Source: Candidatus Micrarchaeota archaeon
GTDB taxonomy: Archaea; Micrarchaeota; Micrarchaeia; Anstonellales; Bilamarchaeaceae
NCBI GenBank assembly: GCA_038046805.1
Contig: JBBSVO010000013.1
Location: forward strand, 1 to 41,304
DNA: 41,304 bases
Direction of reading: 5' to 3'
Shown: piece by piece, positions 17,605-26,253 of the stretch
Position numbering within the stretch: position 1 is the stretch's first letter
Layout: every line of letters starts with the position of its first letter
The notes under the pieces: generated by a model
Seen by the model: only the letters and a program-made list of their open reading frames with translations
What the model was told of the DNA's origin: nothing
Database searches by the model: none
Position numbers and translations under genes: made by a program

Positions 17605-19320
17605 ATGCAGAAACAGAAGCAAAAAAGTGAAGGCGCACCCGATGCCGCTGCACAAAGCCGCCACGACTCCGCGGACGAAAACCTCTCCTTTATTGCAAAA
17701 GGTTCGTTCTGGCAGCTTTCATCCTCTATTATTTCAAAGCTTATTGCGTTCGTTTACGTGGTTTATCTTGCCCGTGTCCTTCCACAGGAGGAAGTAGGTT
17801 TATTCTACCTTGCATTGAGTTTCGTTAGCGTCATATCCATTTTTGCGGACCTTGGAATTTCCATGACTGCGCCAAGGTATATTCCATATTTTATGGAAAA
17901 AGGGAAGCCAGGAGAAGTCAGAAGGCTGGTAAAATACACTGCGTTTGTAGGCATCTGTTCCACACTGTTGTTTTCTCTCGCAGTTTTGTTCCTTTCGGGA
18001 AACATCGCGGATAGTTTCAAAAACCCGCGTCTTCAGCAGCCTCTTGCTATAATGGCATTTTACATAATAATAGTTGAATTATACAACATCGCGCAATCAC
18101 TGTTCGTTGGTTTCAAGAAAATAAAGGAAAATGCGATGATGGCGAATTTTCAATCATTGCTCAAATTGGTCTTTGCAGTTGTATTCATTGGCTTCCTTGG
18201 AAACAGTGCGGTAATCAATTCCTATGCATTTTTGGCATCGTTTCTTGTGCCAGCATTGTTCGCAGCCCCGTTTCTTTTGAAATTTGTATCCAGTGTTGAG
18301 CATGGCGGAGTGGAAGGGAGCAACAGACAGTTTCTTGCGGAAATCCTCCCATTTGGTTTTATGCTTGGAATTGTTTCCACTTTTAATTTTGTTCTCGCAT
18401 ATGCGGATCGGTTGATGGTCGGTTATTTTATAACCGGAGCTGAGGGAGAAAGAGCAGTTGCAATATACAGCGTTGCCACGGGACTTGCAGGTCTTCTTTC
18501 CGTTGCCGCGGTTGCAATTGCAACAACATTTCTTCCTGTTGTTTCCAGCATTCATGGCAGGGATGAAAAAGACCACGCTTCGCTTGGAAAAAATGTAGGG
18601 GTAACTACAAAATGGATGCTGTTTTTCACGGTTCCGTTTCTTTTGTTGTTCCTTGTCTTTCCTGAACAGATTCTTGAGGTCATCTATGGTGCGCAGTATT
18701 CGTCCGGCGCAAACGTGCTTGCGCTTACCGCGCTAGGATCTCTTATCCTTTTGATTACGCATATGCATCGGGTGGTTTTGGCAGGGATGAGACTGGTAGG
18801 GATTGAATTGAAAATGGCTGCCGTCACAGTACTAATCAATATCGCGCTTAATCTCTATCTTATTCCTGTATATGGGATAGATGGAGCCGCTCTCGCAACT
18901 CTTATCTCATTTGTAGCGATGACATTGATGACAAATGCTTTTTCCATACAGTCATTTTCGTTCGGATTTCCACCAGATATACTAAAACACCTTGCCACAA
19001 TAGCCGTGGCGGTTGGCATTATGCTGGTCCTGAAGGAGCCAATCCTCGCAGCGAGCGTTGGAATTCTTTCAATCAAGGAACTTTTTGCTTCCACTGATTT
19101 TGTTTCTGTAATCCTTTCAAAATTCGTCCGCCTTGCATTCATCGCAGTCCTTGGCTGCATCGGAATGGCATTTTATGTTGCGGGTTTAATGTTCTTTAAG
19201 CTTTTCAGACAATATGATATAGATGTGATGAAGGAGTTCCTAAAGAGAGTGGGGGTATCTGATCGGTTTATCTGTCCGATCGAAAGCATACTTTTATGGG
19301 GAACCTCGCGAGGGGAATAA
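17605..19320 (+). CDS. Wzx/MurJ-like (MOP) oligosaccharide flippase
   Basis: About 14 hydrophobic segments, YLARVL...EVG, ADLGI, DRLMVG, LIPVYGIDGAALAT. Confidence 0.9.
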   Translation: MQKQKQKSEGAPDAAAQSRHDSADENLSFIAKGSFWQLSSSIISKLIAFVYVVYLARVLPQEEVGLFYLALSFVSVISIFADLGISMTAPRYIPYFMEKGKPGEVRRLVKYTAFVGICSTLLFSLAVLFLSGNIADSFKNPRLQQPLAIMAFYIIIVELYNIAQSLFVGFKKIKENAMMANFQSLLKLVFAVVFIGFLGNSAVINSYAFLASFLVPALFAAPFLLKFVSSVEHGGVEGSNRQFLAEILPFGFMLGIVSTFNFVLAYADRLMVGYFITGAEGERAVAIYSVATGLAGLLSVAAVAIATTFLPVVSSIHGRDEKDHASLGKNVGVTTKWMLFFTVPFLLLFLVFPEQILEVIYGAQYSSGANVLALTALGSLILLITHMHRVVLAGMRLVGIELKMAAVTVLINIALNLYLIPVYGIDGAALATLISFVAMTLMTNAFSIQSFSFGFPPDILKHLATIAVAVGIMLVLKEPILAASVGILSIKELFASTDFVSVILSKFVRLAFIAVLGCIGMAFYVAGLMFFKLFRQYDIDVMKEFLKRVGVSDRFICPIESILLWGTSRGE

Positions 19321-19366
19321 AACAGATTCAGAACGTTTTTATTTTCTTTCGTCCATAAACTAAAAC

Positions 19367-19822
19367 ATGCGATTGAGAACCGCCGGACTGATTTTATTCT
19401 GTGCCGCATCCTGCGCTGCACCATCCAAAAGGATTAATACTTCTCCCAGTGATATTGACTCTGCAAAACCAGTGTTGGAGGATATTATGGGGCAGCCAAG
19501 TGCGTTTGCGAGAAGACCAAGCGAAGAAGCGCCAGAACGAGTCGCACCCCGAACGCCGGAATTGGTGGGGGTCAGTTCTTTCAAACCGTCAAAATTCAGG
19601 TTTGACAGGGATTATACTCTTTATGAGGATGGAAAAGGAAATGCACAGATTAGATGAGGAAAAGAGATTATTGAAGAAGGTAGGATTATAGGAAGATACA
19701 AAGACAAAAATTTTACCATTCTTACTAACAAGGGTTATGAGATCTTATTCCATAAAAATGGATTAATGACTATTACTGCCACACCAGAAGAAATTATGGA
19801 TAAAAGATACACGCCCAAGTAA
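19367..19822 (+). pseudogene. Putative lipoprotein interrupted by one in-frame TGA (19655-19657); pseudogene or readthrough
   Basis: Signal peptide and lipobox MRLRTAGLILFCAASC. The same frame continues 54 sense codons past the TGA to TAA 19820-19822. Confidence 0.6.
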
Positions 19823-20815
19823 TTATTTTGTAATCGCTCTTAGATTGTTCTCTATTTTCTTCCCAAGTTCTTTATTCGGATTAAGTTCAAGCGCCCTTTC
19901 CAGAAATTTTTTTGCGTCGATTATGTTTCCTGTAGCTGCATAAGCACTGCCAAGCGCCCCCAGAATCCTCGGATTAATTTTTCCCTCTTCAAATTCAGTA
20001 GCACATCTTTTGTAAATATCCAGTGCGTCTTTCCATTTGTCCTGTTTTTCATAAGCTACGGCAAGGTTCCAATTATATTTCAATTCATTTGGTGCCAAAA
20101 CAACTGCTCTCTTGTATGCTTCTTCCATCATTCTTGGGTTCCGTTCACCATAGTACTCCCCAACCTGGCCATAATGTGCAGCTTCAACCTCATCAAGATT
20201 TGAACGGAACGTTGTTTTGAAATTGGGGTTTGCCGCATCTGCTGCGTATTCTTTCCTTATCGCCGCCTCCAAATCATTGTTTCCAACTGCAAGAGCCATT
20301 TGCTTTCCTTTTTTGAAATAGGTGAAGTCATACAGCAACGGAACGCCTTTTTCATCCTGCGGCATTACGACCATGGCAGAATGCCCAGTTCTTTCTTTTG
20401 TCTCTGGGTCAGTCTATTTCATTTCAACCATTATGACGTTTCTCACTCCTGATTCCCATGCCAGCAGATATGCCGTTCTTGTTGCCTCGTCGCAGTCGGC
20501 CACACCATCTTTCAGCACAGTTGCAGGCTCACGGATAAGCCCTTTGTTTTCCTCGTAGAGTAGGTTTATCTTCTTTCCTTTTTCTGGGGCGCCCTTTACC
20601 TTCAATCCATCATAGACATCTCCAAGAATTCGCTCCGGCTGACCATCGATAAACGGGCTTAAGTTCAAGTCCTTCTTTACAGTTTCGAGTTGTTTTGAAT
20701 TCAGACGAAAATCCGCAACTCCCTTTGCCGCGTCTTCCTGCTCTTTGCCTTTTGGAAGCTGTGTTGAGATAATATTTATGCCAATCATAGGAGGGAGTTT
20801 CAGCTCAGGAGGCAT
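19823..20815 (-). pseudogene. Transglutaminase-like cysteine-protease domain plus TPR repeats, interrupted by one in-frame TAG (20414-20416)
   Basis: ORFs 20414..21001 and 19823..20374 are in the same frame. The joined protein has ADCDEA...GHSAMV...YDFT (Cys-His-Asp-like) followed by TPRs (AYKRAVVLAPN, FLERALELNPN). Start ATG 20815. Confidence 0.7.
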
Positions 20816-20836
20816 AATGCGTTTATCCCTTTCTTG

Positions 20837-20843
20837 TTTAAAA
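20837..20843. promoter_or_regulatory. TATA box between divergent genes
   Basis: TTTAAAA 22 nt before ATG 20815 (-) and 25 nt before ATG 20868 (+). Confidence 0.45.
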
Positions 20844-20867
20844 CATTTCTGATTCAATAGGTATGAC

Positions 20868-21818
20868 ATGGCAAAATTCATGGTAACTGGCGGAGCTGGG
20901 TTTATCGGTTCGCACATTGTCGAACATCTGGCAGCCCTTGGCAACGAGGTTCTTGTTTTTGATGATTTTTCGAGCGGGTTCATGTCTAATCTTGACCACA
21001 TTGCGAATAAAGGGAAAATGAAAGTAGTCCGCGGTTCTGTGACAAGTTTTGATTCGCTTCGCGATGCATTTGATATGTTCGGAGGATGTGATTACATATT
21101 TCACGAAGCAGCGCAGGTTTCTGTTGTTTCCTCTCTTAAAAATCCACAGAAAACATATGAAGTAAATGTTGGCGGAACCTCGAATGTTCTTCGCGTAGCA
21201 AAGGAGATTGGAGTAAAACGCGTCGTAATCGCCTCATCCGCGGCTGTTTATGGGAATATATCCAAGGAGAATAACATTGGGGTTAGCGAAGATGATCCAA
21301 CAAGTCCAATCTCTCCATATGCCTCGTCTAAGCTTCGGAATGAACAGGATGCGCTTGACTCTGGAGTCGAGACTGTCTGTCTTCGTTATTTCAATGTGTA
21401 TGGTCCGAGACAGAATCCTGATTCTCCGTATTCCGGAGTAATTTCCAAATTCGCAAATGAAATGTCTTCGGGAAATTCACCAACTATTTTTGGGGATGGA
21501 ACCCAAACCCGCGATTTTGTATATGTTGGTGATGTTGCACATGCGAATCTGCTTGCGATTGAATCAAAGAATGCTGTCGGTCAGGTTTTCAATATCGGTT
21601 CCGGAACCGCCACTACCATAAATGGTTTAGTTGCCGAACTCAATTCGCTTTTCGGAACAAATTTCACTCCGAACTACGCTGGCGAGCGTACGGGGGATAT
21701 AAAACATTCCTGCGCCGACATCTCAAAGGCAAGAAAATCCATGGGTTTTTTACCCTCATATCAACTCAAGGATGGCCTTCGCATGACAATAGATTGGCTT
21801 AAAAAAAGGAAAGTCTAA
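20868..21818 (+). CDS. UDP-glucose/UDP-GlcNAc 4-epimerase family protein
   Basis: VTGGAGFIGSH, ASSAAVYG, SPYASSK, LRYFNVYGPRQ, GDGTQTRDFVYV. Confidence 0.92.
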   Translation: MAKFMVTGGAGFIGSHIVEHLAALGNEVLVFDDFSSGFMSNLDHIANKGKMKVVRGSVTSFDSLRDAFDMFGGCDYIFHEAAQVSVVSSLKNPQKTYEVNVGGTSNVLRVAKEIGVKRVVIASSAAVYGNISKENNIGVSEDDPTSPISPYASSKLRNEQDALDSGVETVCLRYFNVYGPRQNPDSPYSGVISKFANEMSSGNSPTIFGDGTQTRDFVYVGDVAHANLLAIESKNAVGQVFNIGSGTATTINGLVAELNSLFGTNFTPNYAGERTGDIKHSCADISKARKSMGFLPSYQLKDGLRMTIDWLKKRKV

Positions 21819-21835
21819 GTTGTGTTGGTTTTTTC

Positions 21836-23248
21836 ATGGTTAAATATTTCGGAACAAACGGGGTTCGCGGGACTTTTGATTTTTTGAACCCACAGCTTGC
21901 GCTCAGGCTTGCAGCAGCAATCGGAACCTATTTCAATCATGGCACAATCAATAGCGGCACTGTTTTGGTTGCGCGTGATGCAAGGCTTACTGGAGAATGT
22001 CTTGAACACGCGGTTTTTGCAGGGCTTCAGTCAGTCGGATGCCAGCCTGTTTCTCTTGGTATTGTGAGTTCTCCTACTGCTGAATTCATGATTAAGAAAA
22101 TCCGTGCTGAGGGTCGCGCAGGTCGCAATGGGGCGGACGGTCTAATTATAATAACCGCATCCCATAATCCGCCGGAATGGAATGCATTGAAGGTTGTTGA
22201 TAAGAACGGGGTAACTATTTCATGGGAGCGCGGAGAGGAAATCGAAAATTTAATGCATACTGCAGGCAAGTCCTCATCATCTGCGAATTGGGATTCGGTG
22301 AAAGATGTTCAGTTTTATCAGAGCGCAGAAGATGAGCATATCGCGGAAATAAAAAAATCAGTTGATTCAAAATTCTTCCAAAAGAAAAAACTCAAAGTCG
22401 TTCTTGATTGTGGAAATGGAACTGCAGCAACCATCGCACCGCGCCTTTTCCACGAGCTTGGATGCGATATTACAGTAATAAACGGGCAGGTTGATGGAAG
22501 ATTTCCAGGAAGGCCTTCAGAGCCGCGTGAGGAGAATATTGGCGAGATGCTGAAACTCGTTCCTAAACTGGGTGCGGATATCGGAATCGCATGGGACGGG
22601 GATGGTGATCGCGTTGTTTGCGTTGATGAAAAAGGAAATTTCGTAGTTGGAGATAAAGTATTCGCGCTCTGTGCACTTTCGGAACTACAAAAAAGAAAAG
22701 GGGATGTTTCCACAACTGTCGCTACGAGTCGGGCGGTCGAAGAAATAGCCGCGCGTTTCGGATGCAAAACTATTTACACGAAGATTGGCGCGCCATATCT
22801 ATCAGAGGCGGTTGCCAATTCAAAAGGTGCTATATTAATGGCCGGGGAAGAAGTTGGCGGCGTTATCTGGCCGCAGTTCAGCCTTGCAAAAGACGGATTC
22901 CTGACTGCAGCGAAAATCGTTGAATTCATGTGCGAAAGCGGAAAATCCTTGTCAGCGCTTTTGGATGGCGTTCCGCTCTACTATAACGAGAAAACAAAAA
23001 TTGAGTGCAATGCGGAACAAAAGGAGAAAATCGTTTCGGGAATGCGAGCATATGCACAGGATAAAAAGCTTGATGCGATTCTGATTGACGGTGTAAGAAT
23101 AAATTTTGATGATGATTTTGGTTCATGGGTAATTTGCCGTGCATCCGGGACAGAGGACTACGTGCGCGTGTTTGCGGAATCCAAGGACAAAAAGAAGGCA
23201 AAAGAATTGGTTGAGAGGTATAAGAAGATGGCAATTTCTTATTTATGA
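21836..23248 (+). CDS. glmM: Phosphohexomutase (phosphoglucosamine mutase / PMM-PGM, archaeal type)
   Basis: FGTNGVRG, TASHNPPEWN (phospho-Ser), AWDGDGDR metal loop, GEEVGG, RASGTE. Confidence 0.85.
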   Translation: MVKYFGTNGVRGTFDFLNPQLALRLAAAIGTYFNHGTINSGTVLVARDARLTGECLEHAVFAGLQSVGCQPVSLGIVSSPTAEFMIKKIRAEGRAGRNGADGLIIITASHNPPEWNALKVVDKNGVTISWERGEEIENLMHTAGKSSSSANWDSVKDVQFYQSAEDEHIAEIKKSVDSKFFQKKKLKVVLDCGNGTAATIAPRLFHELGCDITVINGQVDGRFPGRPSEPREENIGEMLKLVPKLGADIGIAWDGDGDRVVCVDEKGNFVVGDKVFALCALSELQKRKGDVSTTVATSRAVEEIAARFGCKTIYTKIGAPYLSEAVANSKGAILMAGEEVGGVIWPQFSLAKDGFLTAAKIVEFMCESGKSLSALLDGVPLYYNEKTKIECNAEQKEKIVSGMRAYAQDKKLDAILIDGVRINFDDDFGSWVICRASGTEDYVRVFAESKDKKKAKELVERYKKMAISYL

Positions 23249-23301
23249 AATTGCCAGACTTGAAATGAGCAAAGCGAATTTCAAGAAGATGGTGATTATA
23301 T

Positions 23302-24540
23302 ATGGGGGCGCCTGATCCGTTCAAGAAGCGTGAGCAATCCCAAGAACCAACAAGAGAGGAATTAATCAATTTTCTTACTTCCTCACATTATGTACGTGCA
23401 GTTACCATTGAAGCTGCAAAGAAGTTTATCGACTCAAAATATGGACAGGTACCTTGGGTCAGCCATATGTTAGGTAGACTCAAGTTTGAATATGTTCAAG
23501 ATTCTAGTTTTCTTGGTGTTTTTGATCCCGAAAAGAACGCGCTTCTTATCCCAGAGCACTCTCTTTATTTTGATGAAAAATCCCTTGATCCAAAATTGAA
23601 AAAGGAGTACAAGGGTCTTGCTTTTGGCAATGTTGCAGAGTATTCCACTGCGCTTTTACTGGCTATATATCACTCTGTCGTGAAAAGCCGGCAAAAGGTT
23701 GAGAGTCCAGAGACAAAAAAGAAAATACTAGGGGCCCTAGACCATGAGCTCGGCCATGCAATCTTACATCAAATTAAAAATGGGTTATCTGATTTCGGGG
23801 TAAGTTACGCTGAAATTGAAAACTATACTATTGGAAGGATGCGTGGTAAGACAGATATCCTCTCTGGGATTGCCAGGCGCTATCTTTTTGTTGGAGGAGC
23901 TACTATCAGCAGCATAAGGGTTATGCAAACACTAGCCAAAGTATTTTTTGGTACTGTCCCGGACCCCCAGAAGATACATGAAAAAGGAAAAGAGATATCT
24001 GACCAGATTATGAGAGATACTAGTGTGGAGGTTGTGGATTGCGGACTTTTCAAAAAAGGAGACGAACCACCAACACTGGAGGATTTGGAAAAGATAGGTT
24101 ATAGTCGCCAGGCTGCTGCGAAGTTAAAAGAGATCGGTGGAAAAAATGTTCTAGACCTGGATAGAAAATATGGTTTTAAGGTTACTAGCAAATATGTAGA
24201 TAAAGAGTATGGCACTCGTTGGGAAGTGAGCTATAGCCCGGTTCGGGAGCAGATGGTGGATCGATACAAAATCAGTATGGAAGAATTTCAACAGATAAAA
24301 GATATTTCTACCGAGATATTACAAAGAGATGCGCTGGTTGGGGAATGTTTCAGTAGGTTGTTGGATGCTCTGACGGATTGTTCGTTTGCTGATGATAAAA
24401 AAGCCCTGCGCCCTGGCATTAAGAGCAAGGATTTGGAATTCTTCTCTCGTTTTGTTTTTGAGGGAGATCCGATGTTCGATAAATTTATAGAAGATGCAAG
24501 AAAAAAAATGATTGGCGTAAAACCAAAGAAGGTAAACTGA
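23302..24540 (+). CDS. Hypothetical protein with HExxH zincin-like motif
   Basis: 412 aa ORF with GGTGA SD and ALDHELGHAILH. Confidence 0.6.
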   Translation: MGAPDPFKKREQSQEPTREELINFLTSSHYVRAVTIEAAKKFIDSKYGQVPWVSHMLGRLKFEYVQDSSFLGVFDPEKNALLIPEHSLYFDEKSLDPKLKKEYKGLAFGNVAEYSTALLLAIYHSVVKSRQKVESPETKKKILGALDHELGHAILHQIKNGLSDFGVSYAEIENYTIGRMRGKTDILSGIARRYLFVGGATISSIRVMQTLAKVFFGTVPDPQKIHEKGKEISDQIMRDTSVEVVDCGLFKKGDEPPTLEDLEKIGYSRQAAAKLKEIGGKNVLDLDRKYGFKVTSKYVDKEYGTRWEVSYSPVREQMVDRYKISMEEFQQIKDISTEILQRDALVGECFSRLLDALTDCSFADDKKALRPGIKSKDLEFFSRFVFEGDPMFDKFIEDARKKMIGVKPKKVN

Positions 24541-24545
24541 TCCCC

Positions 24546-25415
24546 CTACAAATTAGCCACAAAATCCCCAATCTTTACCTCTGAAACCTCATTCGGAATC
24601 GTATCGCTCGCAAAGACAAAGTCGCACATTCCCCTCAATCTTGCAAGTGAATCCTTCAGGAAAAATCCATGGGTTGTCGCGCATCCGACTTTCTTTGCAC
24701 CGCCTTTTTTCAGGTTCTCCGCGGCTTTAACCATCGTTCCTCCAGTTGAAATCATATCATCAATGATAAGCACATTCTTCCCGGAAACGTCAAAATTCCT
24801 TTCCATGCTTTCTATTGTGCGGTAAGCCTCGTCCTTGTTTTCGGTTTCGTATTCCCCGCGAACCTTTTTCATTGATTTTCCGCCCGCTCCCTCAACAAGG
24901 TAATTCGCGCCCTCATCCGGGGAAACAATTTCAAATGGCACTTCTGTTCCTGCCCCATCGGTATTTCCGAATTTTTCCTTTGCATGATCAATAATCGCTT
25001 TACTCAGTGAAATATTCTGCAGGTTTAGCTTTCCGTATTTGAATTCGCCCTCCTTTTTCAGAAAATGGCAATCAAATGTTACAAGTTTTTTCACTCCTGC
25101 ACCTGCGAGAAGATTACAGACTATCTTTGCACTTTCTGCTTCCCCATCATGGAATGTTTTATCCTGGCGGGAATAAGGAAGGTATGGGGCGACCATAGTA
25201 ACTTCACATTTAAGCTTCTTCAAAACGCCGAGCACAAGTAATGCCTGTGTAATCGAATCATTCTGGTTTGGATAAAGTCGATGAAAAAATGTAACCTGTT
25301 GTCCTTTGTACTTCTCAGGGTCAAGAATACGAATATACGAATCCCCATCCGGAAAATTCTTTATTTCAAAATTCGCCGGAAGAATATCTGCAAAATTTGG
25401 GCTTACAAGTTGCAT
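24546..25415 (-). CDS. prs: Ribose-phosphate pyrophosphokinase
   Basis: FPDGD.YIR, APYLPYSRQDK, IVSPDEGA, VLIIDDMISTGGT, THG, SDTI. Confidence 0.92.
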   Translation of the reverse strand: MQLVSPNFADILPANFEIKNFPDGDSYIRILDPEKYKGQQVTFFHRLYPNQNDSITQALLVLGVLKKLKCEVTMVAPYLPYSRQDKTFHDGEAESAKIVCNLLAGAGVKKLVTFDCHFLKKEGEFKYGKLNLQNISLSKAIIDHAKEKFGNTDGAGTEVPFEIVSPDEGANYLVEGAGGKSMKKVRGEYETENKDEAYRTIESMERNFDVSGKNVLIIDDMISTGGTMVKAAENLKKGGAKKVGCATTHGFFLKDSLARLRGMCDFVFASDTIPNEVSEVKIGDFVANL

Positions 25416-25458
25416 AATTTGTTATCTGCAAAAGAATTATAAACTCTGTCTCCAGTAG

Positions 25459-25646
25459 TGATCCGCGCGAACGATCCTGAAATTCCGAAGGAATTTTGGG
25501 AGCTAGAGAACGAAGCGTCGTTCTCTGGAAGTGAAGCGCTTTGCCGCAATGATCCGCGCGAACGAAGCGTTCATTCCAGTGTTTCCTCATCTTGTTTGTA
25601 ATGTGTGTGGATAAAGCGAGTAGCGGGCATATGCGAGCTTACTCGC
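25459..25646. repeat. Intergenic hairpin cluster with a 16 bp direct repeat (REP-like or structured RNA)
   Basis: TGATCCGCGCGAACGA at 25459 and 25550; hairpins at 25475-25501, 25503-25528, 25560-25572 and 25616-25646. Confidence 0.7.
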
Positions 25647-25691
25647 GTTCCTATGAAAACATTTTTAATCTAAGTCTCCCTATCGTTTCGC

Positions 25692-26240
25692 ATGGACTTC
25701 GTTGCAAAGAAAATATTTTTCACAAATGGGGTTGGGAAGAGCAAGGACAAGCTGACTTCTTTTGAATTGGCGTTGCGGGATGCCGGAATTGCCCCGTTTA
25801 ATCTCGTTACCGTCTCAAGCATCTTTCCACCAGGTGCGGAAATTGTTTCAAAAAGGGAAGGGCTGAAACATCTAAGGCTCGGGCAGATTGTTTTTTGTGT
25901 TATGTCTCGTGCGGAATCAAATGAGCCAAACAGGCTTCTTGCTGCTTCTGTTGGATGCGCAGTTCCTGCAAATAAAAAGGCTTTTGGATATCTGAGTGAA
26001 CATCATGCTTATGGTCAGACAGAGAAAAGTGCTGCGGATTATGCTGAAGACCTTGCAGCTTCAATGCTTGGCAGCACATTGGGAATAAATTTTGATCCGG
26101 AAACCGCGTGGAATGAAAGGGAAAAATACTTCAAACTAAGCGGAAAAATCGTAAGAACAACAAACGTTACTCAATCCGCGCTTGTTGATAAGAACGGAAA
26201 ATGGACCTCTGTTATTGCAGCTGCGGTATTTTGCCTGTAA
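25692..26240 (+). CDS. pdaD: Pyruvoyl-dependent arginine decarboxylase
   Basis: [25 protein letters not shown] (Ser-Ser autocleavage site), [17 protein letters not shown]. Confidence 0.92.
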   Translation: MDFVAKKIFFTNGVGKSKDKLTSFELALRDAGIAPFNLVTVSSIFPPGAEIVSKREGLKHLRLGQIVFCVMSRAESNEPNRLLAASVGCAVPANKKAFGYLSEHHAYGQTEKSAADYAEDLAASMLGSTLGINFDPETAWNEREKYFKLSGKIVRTTNVTQSALVDKNGKWTSVIAAAVFCL

Positions 26241-26253
26241 ATTTTAATTCTTT

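Noticed and set aside
2870..17664. Long antisense ORFs (e.g. 2870..3508, 9719..10375, 16954..17664)
   Set aside because: Shadow frames of well-supported genes, with no motifs
19367..20815. Genome-wide stop-codon reassignment (TGA or TAG) as the explanation for the two in-frame stops
   Set aside because: TAG ends the DUF4910, ACP, cyclase and Prs genes, and TGA ends PseI, the aminotransferase, GT4 and the mutase, all at family-typical C-termini. Both are normal stops here.
20816..21001. N-terminal extension of ORF 20414..21001
   Set aside because: It is an antisense overlap with the epimerase gene; ATG 20815 fits the TATA spacing
25459..25565. CRISPR array
   Set aside because: Only two 16 bp copies, the spacer is itself palindromic, and there are no cas genes in the window
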